Part shown: piece by piece, positions 10,727-24,262 of the stretch
Layout of the letters: each line of letters starts with the position of its first letter
How positions within the stretch are numbered: the stretch's first letter is position 1
Assembly: GCA_015680685.1 (NCBI GenBank)
Contig: MNCI01000900.1
Span: 414,087-478,086 of the forward strand
DNA: 64,000 bases
Origin: Gnetum montanum
Lineage: Eukaryota; Plantae; Gnetophyta
Direction: 5' to 3'
Notes under the pieces: generated by a model
What the model was told of the DNA's origin: nothing
What the model saw: only the letters and a program-made list of their open reading frames with translations
The model's database searches: none
Translations under genes and position numbers: made by a program

Positions 10727-12698
10727 ACATCCTTCTCCTTCAAAAGACTCTTGATTCTCACAAAATATGCCTTTGCACTTGGGATAGTTGTTGCACCCTC
10801 ACATAGGCCACAAGTCACACAAACCAAAGAATAACATACATGGAATGGTTAGAGCTCATAATATGTTTTCTCTACCATCCAAAACTTATTTCAAAAATAC
10901 ATATAAAAACACAAAAAAATGTATGCATAACACACATAAACACACACACATTAGCATAATTTTTTACTAACATCACACTAGAGAAATTCATGAAAGAAGA
11001 GTGAATATGGTCTTTGCCTTCAAAGGATTCACTAGGCTTCCATTTTGAGAGCACCAAATGCCATGTGTTTTTTCCATGACCTATAACAGAAGAAGATTAA
11101 GGAAATTCAAAAGGATTAGGTCTTCTCAAACCAACTTCTTATTCTTGGTGTTTGGAAGACTACCACTTAACTTCCTTTCATCATAGCATCAAAATGTAGA
11201 TTGTATTCTTTCTACTCATCTATTTCACAACCAAGACATTCAAGGTCATCAACACATTTGACAAATTCATCTTTGTCATAATCCATAGAAAACATTTTCA
11301 ATTTTTGGAAAATCATAATAATGAAATTTCTACTATGATTACCACCATAGCCATCATTATCCCATACAAAATCAAATTCATTACCATCATTAGTTTTTCT
11401 CTCATTAAAAATGGCATCAAAAGTCACATTGATTTCATCACACACAACATGACTCACAATTTCATCAAAATTATCATAATTATCATGATTCTCATCATCA
11501 CAATTGAACAAATCACTACCAAGCTAAAGTGAAAAAATAGCATCCATTACACTAGCTTCAACATGAGAGACATTACTACCATCAATATTGTAAAGCACAT
11601 GCTTACCTCTTCATTTCTTCTTCTAGTTATCTTTGGTTCAACTTTCCCTTCAACATGTGGTTGTCCAATCTCCTCAAATCTTGAAGGTTTAAGATCCCAA
11701 ATAGGAGTTCCCAATTCAAATGGCTTATCCTCTTCAATGGCATCATCAACAAGCTCTTCATTCCACTTTGGAGGTACCAACTTAAAACATAAAATCTCCT
11801 CCATGGCTTTAGTATCAGTTTCATAAAAAAACATCATCAAATCAATCATTCTTCCACATACCTTGTCTAGAAGACTCATCTATGTCCTATGATATAATCT
11901 CAAATTGGATTAGAATCTCCTTTCCCTTGCCACAAGATATAGAAGAATTGTAAAATGTATGAGAATCATACCTTCTAGTGATTCTCTTGATCCTTCTTGG
12001 AGAAGTCCCTTGATCTTGGCCTTTCTTTTGGCTTTTATCCTTTACCCTCCATGACTCATGAGGTAGGAACTCTCCTTTAGTAGTAGCATACACCATCTTA
12101 GGCTTTGAAGATCTCTTGGTCACTTTGATGAAGCTCTTGGTTTCCTCTCTTAAAACCTTTGAGTATTGAGAACTCCTTTTTTCAATAAGAGATACTTATG
12201 AAGTTCTTTTCTCATTGATCTCTCCTTCATCAAATGTTACATCTTCTTTCTTTCATTGATGGCTAAAAGATATTATCTTAATTCTCCTCAAAATATTTTT
12301 TAAGTTAGTCTTTAGTTCCCCAATATCTCTTGACAAATATTGAACTATATTCTTCCTTTTAGGCATAATGGAAAATGACCTAAAAGGTAATTCTCATAAA
12401 ATTCTACAAGAAAAAGTGAACTTTCCATGATTTCTTAAGAAATGAAATAAGAAATACTCAAATTTGAAGAGAAATGAGCATACTAGCTATTACAAGCCAA
12501 TGGGTGTCTAATTCTACAATTTCCTTCCAATTCTTGAAAGATATGAAAACTTTAGGAATAAAAGGAAAATTTTCAAACCCTAGTATGAGTAGAACAAGTA
12601 GTAAGAGAGAATTCATCCAAGCTTGAGAATTTGGAGTGATTATTTGCAATTGAGATGATAATTATCCACTTGAATGCAATTTTATTCAATTCCAAGTT

Positions 12699-12710
12699 GC
12701 TTTGATACCA
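12699..12710 (-). other. PBS of element C (tRNA-iMet)
   Basis: gctttgatacca = reverse complement of TGGTATCAAAGC, 3 nt from the LTR. Confidence 0.85.
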
Positions 12711-12713
12711 ATA

Positions 12714-13426
12714 TGATGAGGAGCTCCCATGGATTCCACAACCCAAACTCTCTCAAAGTCATAAAATAGAAAATTTGAATAAGAAAAGAAAATGAAAGAT
12801 TTATTCTTGTTCAAATGGAGAATTACAACTAAGGATAAATAAGAGATTCAATAAAATTCTCATATTCACACTCAATCAAAGAAAACACTCTCACATGGAT
12901 GGTGATCAAGGTATCTTGCCAAGACTCTATCTCTTTCTACTCTCTTCTCTCAATTCCCTAGACTCTCTCTATTTTCAGATTGAAAGCCCAAGAGGTCTAT
13001 TTATATCCTTCCTCCTATCTCTTCATCTTCCCTCCAATTTACCATTCAATTTTATGTCCATTAAAATCCATACAAGATGTCTTGAAGAAACATGAGATCT
13101 CTTTCTCAATTGCATAGATATCAAAGGATACATCTTGAAATTATGTGAGACAGTTTTTCTAACACATCTCAAGAGTGTGAAGATGTCTTAAATATAATTG
13201 AGATGTCTAACTATTAGGGGAGACATATTACCTATCAAGGTTAAAATTAAAGATGCATTTTTTTAAGGCCTAGAACCTTTAGACACATTCAAACAAGTCT
13301 CCATAGCCCCTGGAACCTTCTAAACTTATCAAAATAGTCCTAAAACACTTCTAAACATGCCATAACTCTAAGGAAAAACCCCATCATATTAGAGATGTTA
13401 CATTGGCTTGTTTGATGTCCACATCA
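12714..13426 (-). repeat. Element C 5' LTR
   Basis: tgatgaggag...gatgtccacatca; paired with 10030-10726. Confidence 0.88.
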
Positions 13427-14770
13427 CCTATATTCAATGGGCATTTGAATGATGATGTACAACTTCATGTTCAAATATTTTTCATCACTTGTGAGCTTCA
13501 AGGATTAAATAGTAATTGATAGAAACTCTATATTTTTTTCTACATGTTAAAAGCTTTCAATATCACGTTTTAATATTATGCCCAAGTTGCAAATCTTCGA
13601 AAGAAGATAGCAGGATGGAAGTAAGATATTAATGAATCATTGGATGTGGCCATAAAATGATACAATTACATTCTTAATTAGTGTCTAAGTCATGGGTTTA
13701 GTAAACATGATTAATTAATGAACCTAGTAGAAGGAAAATGACAAACACCTTATGAAAGAGTGATATGTATGTCATGAATGATCCATACCAAAGGTCAATG
13801 GCTTAAATTATAACTATGTTGGATGTAATGGATAAATAGAAGGTGAATGACATAAGCATACTAATGTAGAGGAAGTCAACACATCATTCTAATGTTAGAA
13901 GGATATGAAGAATGTTGAATGTAAGATTCAAAAAGAATGTTGAAGCTCAAAGCATGAGAACCAACAAGACTTTAGCAAACCTTGCCAATGTTTTTGACAA
14001 GATTTAGAATGTATTAAATTAAAAGATGACATTAGGTCTCAATGATCTAGAAAAGAATATTATTAAAGTAATTACAAATGGAGTTACACCATAAGATAGA
14101 ATGGATTAAAGAAAGAAAAATGGTAAGAAGTCTTACCTTGATTGGATGTCTTATCCTTGTGATTTATTTCTTTATACATAAAAATATCATCAACAATTAG
14201 TAAGACCTAATCCTCAAAACTTGACACCTTGAAATGTTCCCTCTACTATGTAATAAACTTTATTATTCCATCCTTCTTCCTACCATAAAAATTAATAGGC
14301 TATGAACCAAATACCTCATCCAATCCCCCATCAATATTAATCATATTTACCACAACTATATCAGCAATTGTACATCCAACAATATTCATCATAGCTCTTT
14401 GTAGCATTATAGGAGGAAATTTTGAATTAGCCATCGTAGGGATGTCTAGTTCTTTAATGCAATGTACTATCCTTATTTTTCATTATCATATACTATTGGG
14501 AAACACCATAATAGTTCTATTCCTCCCTATAGCAAGAAATTATTCACCTCACAAACAAAATTATTGTAAGAGAAATAAGAGTATCAATGTTAGCAAGGAT
14601 TCATACTCATCCCTTACTTCATCAACATCTTTCAAGCATCAAGACCAAGGGGGTTATGTTTCTAAAGTTTAAGCAAATGAAATTTTCACTCCTTATTTAG
14701 ATAAAGGTAAATTTAAAATATCCATAAGTGAAAGCAAGAAAAATTCATCTTTAAAATTCATCCAACAAGA

Positions 14771-16011
14771 TGATGAAACATCCAATGACATTGTGTATCT
14801 ATTGTAAGCCCTAGATTTAGGAAGTGTTTCATGTGCCATTTTTTTATAGTCTAGTGTATTCAGTTGATTTGTTTAGTCTCTAAAGATACATCCTAGCCTC
14901 CTATGTCATAATTTAAGGTTGTATGCATGATTCCAAGCTCTTTAAAAGGATTTTATCTTCATTCAAATATTCTTTGATCCTTTGAGCATGCTTCCTTGGG
15001 TTTTGACTTTCATTCAGAATTATTAGTGCAAAGTGTAATTTGGGGGATGCACCAAGTACCCAACATTAGTACATCCTTATATGTTAGTGTAGGGGCATTG
15101 ACACTGATGGTTTGGTTGCATCGACAAGGCCTTATCAACTAGGTCCTCATTGACAAGGCCCCATCAACACATGCAATGATGCGTCAACAAGGCCCCATTG
15201 ACATAGGGTTTGCTTTTCAGCTATAAATACATGCTCACTAGTTGCATTTATGGTAATGAGATTATAGTAGTAGCTAAACTCTTTTAGTTTCTACATTTAA
15301 AAGTTAGAATATTTCTCCCTAATGCCCATAGTAGAAGTTATTGAGTGTATGGATCCTTATTTGAGCATTGTTGTACCTGAGCACAACAAGATGTGTGGTA
15401 ATAAAGATGAGGTTTTTGATGAACCTTGTAGCATTTTGAATAGATTAAATATTTATTTGTGCATTTAATGTTTTCAATCAGTTATTTAATATTTTCTAGT
15501 AATTAAGCTAATTAAGATAATTAAGTAAGATAAGCTAGATAGATTACATACATAAGTACGACCACTTCGAGCATAATATGTATTTACTTAGTAAGCCTAG
15601 TCGCATTAGTGCTTGGTGCACCTAGTAGCGTAGTGCTTGGCAACCCAGTAGCAAATACATGGATTCAAGACATGTACAGAAAGTGGGTATATATGCTTAT
15701 GTTAGGATTATTTAGAGACGAGTTAGTTAGTTAATTTATATTAGTCATTAAATTACTCTATCTCTCTTTCTCTTCAAGCACCCAAAAAAATAAAAAATAA
15801 AATGATAAAAATGATATGTCTCGATTACTCTTAACCATACCATTATGATTCACAAGTGTAATCAAGAAGACAATGAATGACCTTAGGGCAAGGTTCACTT
15901 CCTAGAAGACTAGTATACTAGAAACTATAAAGTCCATGGAATTCAACTAGATCATGCATAAATGCTTTGTGATTCATATGGTTGGATGTAAGGGTACCTC
16001 ATTTCTCATCA
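14771..16011 (+). repeat. Element B 5' LTR (start approximate)
   Basis: tgatgaa at 14771; TATA ctataaata near 15221; end ...ctcatca followed by the PBS. Confidence 0.6.
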
Positions 16012-16012
16012 T

Positions 16013-16030
16013 TGGTGCTATTGCTAAGGA
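16013..16030 (+). other. PBS of element B (decayed tRNA-Asp type)
   Basis: tggtgctattgctaagga versus TGGCGCCGTTGCCGGGGA, with C>T and G>A changes only. Confidence 0.75.
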
Positions 16031-16160
16031 CTTTGTTCATTGAATGTGGACTATCTAGGATTAGTGAATATTATTTATATTGTTAAATGAACTCAAGGTC
16101 AATATCACTCTCACATGACATATAACTACTAAGCACATTGATAATTTTATTTTTTGCAAA

Positions 16161-19100
16161 ATGTCTTCTTCCCATGGTATGAAGATGTTAAAATACTAGT
16201 CCCATAGGAGTGCAAAGTGGTATATACTCATCCAAATGAATATGTACCAAACTTCACCTTCATTCTACATGAGAATGCACAACTTCAATGGCATGAAATG
16301 GAGGGCAATATAGTATTACCCCTTGATTGATCTATGCCTAGTATGCTATTTTAAATCCTTAAAAATTTGGATGTCTTGAATCTTCATGAGTAATACATTG
16401 TGAATGATTATGACAATCAAGACTACCATCCCATTGAAACACAATGTAAGTGAGATCGACACCAAACAAAGAACCATGAGTTTATGAAAGGGAAACATTT
16501 CACTAATCCCTTATTCCTCCTAAATAAATATGACAATGAGGATCCTCCATTTTAAGGTTCTCAACATGAAGATTCTCCACCCCCCATTATTGGTAATGAG
16601 GGTATGACCTTGAACCTATGATCCACTATTCATAAACTAGGTTTACGAAAAAGTGGCAGTCAAGGTAAGAACTCATGTAAACATCACAATGGAAAAGGAT
16701 CTAAGTATGGTGGTTGTAATGAATGAAGAGGTTATGGAAGACATTATAGTGGTGGTGGAAATCCACCTTCCTCTTCATCCTCTTCATCTAATTTTGAACA
16801 TTCCTCTTCATCTTTGCTTCTCATAAAAGCCACCATTGAAATAATCATGATAATAGTGATCAACGAGATAATAGAGACCATCAAGGAAATCAAAAACATA
16901 GAGGTGATAGAAACCATCATTGACGTCATCAACACAATCATGATGATAAACCTCTATTGGTGACACGAAGCATGCTCAACATTACAGAGGCAGTAAAGAT
17001 CCCTACTAGGCATATGAAAGATAGTTAGATTAAGTGCTTAGACATGGATAATATCCCATGATTTGAAGGGGAATACAATTTTGATCCTTAGAATCATCTA
17101 AAATCTTTCCATGATGCCTATGCCTTACAAAACATTGAAAATGGCTGATATAAACTCAAGCTTTTCCCCAAGACACTCATTAAGGATGCTGAGATCTAGT
17201 ACCAATCATTGGAACCAGAATCCATTCACCAATGGAGTACCATGTTAGAGTTGTTTAATGAAAAATACTAGATATTCTACAGAGTGTCTAATCTAAGAAG
17301 GAAAATCTAAGGCTAGAAATAGGGAATACATGAACCCTCAAATGCCATCATGGATAGATACTATTCACTCTTACAATGATGCCTTGGCCATGGTTATTCT
17401 TAGAGGGAACTTCACCATATCATAGATGGGCTTAGAGCATAAACTAGAAGGACTCTTGGGGTGTATGCCCAAGGTGAGATTGTCTAGACTAAGAGCTCAT
17501 TAGATCCAAAGGCTAATAGAGAAAGTAGCAAAAGAATAAGATTAGTTGTGAAAAAGGGAAAATCTAGAAATGTATAATAGGGACCCTTCCATCATGAAAT
17601 GGGAGGTTTGATTTTGTGACAAGGAGGAGTCACCACTCAATGAAGTTGTGAACAGGAAAACCTTGCCCATCCAAAAATCTATTTTTCATATTTTAACAAA
17701 GGTTGTTAAATTATGGAACTATTTGGATGAAAAATTCCAAACTACTATGAAGATTGCTAAAGAATCCAAAGAGAAAAATAGTCATCATAACCACAGGAGC
17801 CAAAAAGAAACTAAACATGTATATCAAAGAGGTAAGGACAAAGCTGTTGCCATAGAGAAAGTTCTGGAAACCAACTCTGATGAAAAAACTAGTTGTGAAA
17901 ATTGTCAATATGAACATCCAAAGGGATGTTTCTCTGTGGTGTCACACTTACAAGAGTCTAGGATGTACACATTGAATCCTCAACTAGCACATAGGCAAGC
18001 ACCTAGGCTATTTCCTTATCCTCAAGATAATCCAAGGTATTTCCACCAACAACAACAAGATTACTACATAAGTGTAGCTCCATCACAATCATATGAGCAA
18101 TACCAATAGTGGCATCAATCAAAATCATGGGGAACACCGCCACCCAAGTAGAAGTACCTTTATATGCAACTAGATCCATACAGGTACTATGTTCGACAAT
18201 CCATTTCTCCAAGAAGTTCTACATGCCTTATTTCAACATTATTATTACCCTCTAGAGTATCATTGAACACATTCACCATCTACTTGAGAAGAAAACCCAC
18301 ATCCATACCACCCTCCTCATTCATCTACACACACACCTCTACCCTCAACCTAGTTACCTCCTACTCCATTCATGCAAGGTGATATTCCTTCATAGCTATA
18401 GCAACAAAATGCTATGAGGGTTGTACATTCACAACTAGCTTTCTAGCTAAGTGGTTCAAATAATTGATCCAGAAAAAGATCCTTCTTCTAACCCAAAAAT
18501 CCTCTCCAACCTTGACAAACTAGTATGACTAATCACCTTGCATCTCTAATACCCTCATCCTCTACATCAAATACCTTTGAGTGTCCTTCAAACTAAATTC
18601 CATCTCATATTTGAATTGTGATGCTAACTCATGCTATTTTCAATTGGATCAAGGCTAATAACCTTCCTACAAAAATATCTAACCTAGAAAGTCCACTCAT
18701 TTACCTAAAAATTGTTGGACATGAGCCATGCAAGGCTCTTATTGATTTTAGTTTCAATGTCAATCTCATCTCCCATGAAATGTACAAGGCTTATAACCTA
18801 CCTCTTCTCAAGAAGAGCAACATCCGTCTAGAATTGGCAAATCAATCAATCACTATTTCTTTGGGATTAGTGGTAGTCATTGTGACCACAGTAAGTGGAT
18901 GGTCCTATCCTACCATTTTTTTGGTAATCAGGGTTGAAAACTATAAAGGTGACTTCCCCATCATTGTGGGAAGTTGATGCACATATGGGCATAAGGGACC
19001 TCTCCTTGAAAATCTCCAAGGAAAATGAATTTGGAAAGTTAGAGAAGAAGCGTATTCCATGCATCATGCATAGTGATAATGGGTGCAATTGTGAGTAAAA

Positions 19101-22100
19101 GATTTGATCCATCAAAAGTACATACATCAAATCATGCAATTAGTGTATACAAGAAATAGATATTCAAAGGTGTATGTATGCAGCAGCCATAGAATAGAAG
19201 GGCACATAGTGGTTAATAGTTGACTTAGATAGTAGCACATTATGCATGGAATCAACTGAGAGCGTAATATGTGCTTATGTTAAAAGCATGGATGAACTTG
19301 AGAAAGTTCATCACCAACTCGTTGATGATGAAGATGATGATACCTATTGGGGAGAGTTGGAAATCCTTGATAACATCAAGCAAGAGCTACTAGAACTAAA
19401 ACCTCTACCAGCCAAAATGGAATATGCATTTTTAAATAATGGTAAACCAGTCATAATCAATGCCGAACTTGCTCCTAAATAAAAAGAAAAGTTGTTAAAG
19501 ATGGTTAAAACATGGTCAAAAACCTTTGCTTGGTCATCTCCTTAGTTGATAGGAATTGATCCAAGGATATGCCAACATCACAATTATACCCACCCAGCCA
19601 TGAAGCCAAAAAGGTAGTTGTAGAGGAAGTTGAACCCTAAACTAAAGAATATCATCAAGAAGGAGGTAGGGTTCATCTATCCCATCATGAATAGTGAGTG
19701 GGTTAAGACACTAGTAATTGTGCCAAAAATAGGTGGCAAGTGGTAGGTTTGCATCAACTTGAAGCTATTAAATATGGCAATGTTTAAAGATCATTTTCCA
19801 TTACCATTTGTTAATCAAGTGTTGGAAAAAATATTCGAGCATTGCTATTATAGTTTCTTGGATGGTTATAGTGGCTATAACCAAATCCAAATTTCGCTAA
19901 AGATTAGGCCAATATAACATTCACAAGTCTGTGGGGACTTTTGCATATTGGAAAATGCCATTTGGCCTATGAAATACCCTTGCAATAACTCCTAGTCCTT
20001 AGTATTTTCCAAAAAAAAAAAAGCAATAGTGGTGTGGAAGTCTTCATGGATGACTTCACCATGTATGGAGCTACATTTGAGTAAGTTGTGAACCACCTTG
20101 AGAAAGTACTGAAAAGATGTATGAAAAAAAATTTGCAGCTTAACTAGCAAAAACGTTAGCTTATAGTCTAAGAAGACATTGTGTTGGGGCATTGAATTTT
20201 ACAAGAAGGGATTGAGGTAGATCTAGAAAGGATAAGGGTCATCGAAGGAATTACATGTCAACCAAAGAAAGTTAAAGATTTCATATCATTCCTTAGACAT
20301 ACTGGCTACTATTGGCAATTCATAGAGAATTTCTCTAAGATTGCAAAGTTGTTGGTCGAGCTAATGAAGAAATATGCTTCATTCATCTAGACCAACGAAT
20401 GTGAACATGCATTCCAATAGTTGAAAGGGAAACTTGTAGAAACTCTAATTCTATGGGCACCAAATTGGTCTAGACCATTTGACATAATGATACACACATC
20501 TAATTATGCTTTGAAAGTTGTACTTATGCAGTTTGACAATAAAAAATGTTCATATTACATCCACTATGCAAGCTAAAGTGTTGTGGATGCATAGTTGAAT
20601 TATACCATAAGTGAAAAAGAACTAATGATAGTGGTGTATGCTCTTGACAAGTTTAGGAACTATGTTCTTGGCTATAAAGTATTTGTGCACATAGACCATA
20701 GTGCCATATACTTCCTATGAACAAGCCAATGGCGAGTTCTCATATCATACGATAGCTTGTGATCTTGCAAAAATTCGATCTCATGATGGTAGATCACAAA
20801 GGAATCGAGAATGTGATCACTGACCACCTCTCTTAATTAATAAAGGATAAAAAAGAGTAGGAGAGTCCACTCTCTAATTAGTTTATAGAAAAAATTCTCT
20901 TTATAGGAGCAATAAATGACCAAGTTCCCATAGAAATAAAATTGTATGAAAACATCCTCACTTAACTTCTCACACAGAAGATGTCACAAGATCTTGACTT
21001 TAGAAAGAAGTAAAAATTTCTTTATCAGGCCAAATACTTCATGGAAATCAACAAACGCCTCTACAAGGTGTGCATCAATGGCCTAATTCATTGGTGTGTC
21101 CTTGATGAAGATTAACTACGCACTCTCTAGGATGCTCACAAAGGACCTTGTAGAGGCCACTATGCATGGAGATGCATGGTCATAAAAATACTAATGGTAG
21201 GATACTATTGGCCTATAATATTTAAGGATGCCCACCATTTTATCTAATCTTTTTAATGTTGTCAATGAGATGGTGGGATGATCACTCAAATAGAAGATCC
21301 TCAATAGTGGATTCAACCATTGGAGCCCTTTAACATATGGGACATTGACTTCATGGGTCCCATCACATCCATGTCCAATGACTACTGCACGAAATGGGCT
21401 GAAGTAATAGCTATTGCTAATTGTACATCATTCTCTACTACTAGATTTATACAACAAAATGTTGTAAATAGGTTTGGTGTGCCATGTGTACTAATTTTTG
21501 ACAATGGAACTCATTTCATAGGTCCCACCTTTAGAAAGTTGATGNAAATGGAACTCATTTCATAGGTCCCACCTTTAGAAAGTTGATGCAACACTTGGAG
21601 TTGAATATAAATTAAAAAGATCCTATCACCCCTAAGCCAATGGTCAAGCAGAGGTAACCAATAGGGAGATCACAAAAATCCTAACAAGGACCATCAGAAA
21701 ATGTAGGAAATATTGGAGTACAAAACTTAATGATTTCCTCTAGGCCTACCATTCGACATGGAAACTTTATATTGGCTATTCTTCCTACAAGTTAGTGTAA
21801 GGAAAACTTCAAATGCTCCTTATTTAATCCAAGCTCCGTACACTCTAAACAACATGTGATCTAAATCTTGATCTAAGTTTAGCACAAAAAGACAAATTGA
21901 TCAATCTCAATGTGTTAGATGAAAATCAATTGGTGGCCCTATCTTTGAATGAGTTTAACAAGGCATTTAAGAAGAAACTTCATGACCTAAGAATATGGAA
22001 GGTAAAACCTCAACTAGGAGAGAAGGTTCTTTATTGGAATCCCACATATGTACCCTAGAAGACCAAATTCCAAACATTGTGAGAGGAACCTTATATAATT

Positions 22101-22290
22101 GATCAAACCTTTTTCTATGAGGCCATGTTAATTTACAAACCTGAGAGTCCAAATAAAAAGTAGTTGTTCAACATCTAACAAGTGAAAACCTTTCCTAGAA
22201 CCAAGACAAGCTAGTGCAACTACCATCTTAATAGATGGAAAAACCGCATTCAAATTTTCAAATCTCCTCCTTCCAACTTAGTCATGGGGG
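16161..22290 (+). pseudogene. gag-pol: Element B gag-pol (gag, protease, RT, RNase H, integrase), many stops and frameshifts
   Basis: PR KALIDFSFNVNLI (~18730); RT KDHFPLPFVNQVLE/FLDGYSGYNQI (~19790) and VFMDDF (~20040); INT EPFNIWDIDFMGP, RFGVPCVLIFDNGTHF, YHP*ANGQAE. Confidence 0.9.
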
Positions 22291-22607
22291 ATATGGCCAT
22301 CCATGCTAATAATCCATATGGCTTCTTAGTTTTTTCTATTTTTTGTTTTCCACATTTTTGATTGTACAAGTTATTTATTTTACAAATTTTTGATTTTCAA
22401 TTTCTTCCATTTTCCCCATTTTTTGCTTTGCACCATCGTCAGTATATTTGAATCTTTTTTGATTATTTTACACTTTCTTATATATTTTACCTTGTTTTAT
22501 TTTATTTTAATGTGAACTTTCATCATTTTTGCTAATAAAATTGTTTTATTACTCCAAGACACAATGCCACTATTGTTGTTTACTAATGATGGCTTGTGCT
22601 TAATGTT

Positions 22608-24262
22608 TGTAGCGACCAAAAATGTTGATGGCTAGAATAGTCACATCGAGGGGTCTGTGACCACGATGTAGCCCTAACCTCACCCCTTTCTAAAGGGCTG
22701 TCATTGGAGGGGGAAAAAGGAGGTGAAGCACTCAAGCCAATCTTGTCAATCGAACTGGAACTTACAGAGTATTTCAACAACCGAGTGCTAGGGGTTTGCA
22801 TGGTATTTTCAGTGGTCCTAAGGCTCACTAAGCCCAAGAATAGCAAGGTTTCTTTGTGCAAAAATGATAGTGAAAGCATGAAAATGTGTGCAAAATAGTG
22901 AAAAATGCGAGTGCAATGGTAATTGCCAAAGAAAATGCTTGAAAATGCAAAGGAGTTTGAGACAGGAAGAATGGCACCTCCCTAAATGGGGGGGAGTCTA
23001 GAAATTTCAAAAGAGAGGTGAAGAGGTATGTAGTATATAGACAGGTATAGTAGGTAATGTAGTCATAGTCTCTAGGGTGTCTAGGTTATGAAAATTGATG
23101 TCTGCCATGATGTCTGTGCTTGCTACGTTGGCTGTTGCAGTGTCCTGCAGGTGGTGGTATGCTATGGTGTTGCCAAGGTGTTGAGTGCTCTATGGTGCAA
23201 GGTGCTCAATTTGGTTTAGGTTTGCCAACAAAATGTTTTAAAATGCCAACTGTTAAATGAAATTTCCAACCAAATTCCTTAAAATTCCAACCCCTAAAAT
23301 GTGAAACACAGGGGTAGTTATATGGTTAGGGTTGATGTAAAGTGTAGATTAGGTGCTACATAGCAGAGGGTAGTTGAGGCTATGTTGACCCAACTATGCT
23401 TCCACTAAAGAAATTGGTGCTATGCTCTGGTGTGCTCCAATGGACCCTAAGAGACCACCAAACTATGAATATGCTACCAATATTGCATGTGCTAGAGTTT
23501 AAAAGACCACAATGTACCTACAAATAGTGCAAAATAGTGTAGTTTGGAGGCTATGCTTTGAGACTATGCTCTCCCCTCTTTCAAGTGCAGTCGGGCATAG
23601 GTAAAATTTTGGGGCATAAGGGGATGCAAAAGAAATGAAAATTGCTTATCTTACTTGCTAGAGGAGTGTTAGAGTTGAGATGAAGGCTAGTGGTGAGCTC
23701 TAGAAGCTTTTGGAGCTATCTTGCATTGCTATGCTAGCTATGCTCTAGAGCGTAGCCCAACAGTTAGGAAAATTCTACAAAAATTGAACTCCAGTGTTGG
23801 CTATAGTCTGGAGCATAGCATTGATACTTAGAAAAAATTGGCAAAACTCATAGTCTTCATCTAGGCTATGTTGTCTACACTCTAGAGCATAGTAAGAGGA
23901 GTAGCCTCAAAAGTTAGAAAATATGCCAAAATGTTTCTTCCATGCTAAGCTAGCTTGACAACTTCTACTTGGACACTCAGGAAAAATGTTCATTAAAGTG
24001 TATGATGCATTGGCTATGCTCTAGAGCATAATAGGAAGAATGGGAGTGTAGCACAACACTTCAAAATTTTTTTTGCAACTACTATTAACACTACAAAAAT
24101 ATTGCAAATCTAGTTCTATGCTACATGTTATGCTAACTACACTCTAGAGCATAGTCCTAACAGTGGAAGAATGGGTCTAAAACTTGGAAATAATTTACCT
24201 TATGTTGACACTTAGACAAATTTTCCATTAAGGTGCTATTGCTTGAATTTGGTGTTGTTTCA
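22608..24262 (-). repeat. Element E 3' LTR
   Basis: tgtagcgacc...gttgtttca; followed by ttgatccctctttgttga (minus-strand PPT). Confidence 0.9.

Larger units (their letters stand above)
10030..13426 (-). mobile_element. Element C: non-autonomous CRM-like LTR element (3.4 kb)
   Basis: LTR pair 10030-10726 and 12714-13426 with TGATG...CATCA ends; TSD CCTAT (10025-10029 / 13427-13431); tRNA-iMet PBS; PPT gaaggagaaggatg on minus; no RT or INT recognised. Confidence 0.88.
9330..14770 (+). mobile_element. Element D: oldest layer, heavily decayed Athila-like gag region (split by C)
   Basis: Joining 10029 to 13432 gives FDMANIPIFNGHLNDDVQLHV; GWK*DINESLDVAIK*YNYILN*CLSHG is homologous to the A and B gag. 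Confidence 0.65.

Noticed and set aside
21503-21588. Exact 42-nt tandem duplication in B integrase
   Set aside because: The copies are identical and separated by an N at 21545, so this is a contig-overlap assembly artefact.
22704-22898. Similar short ORFs here and at 59969-60193
   Set aside because: They are the two copies of E's LTR, not conserved genes.
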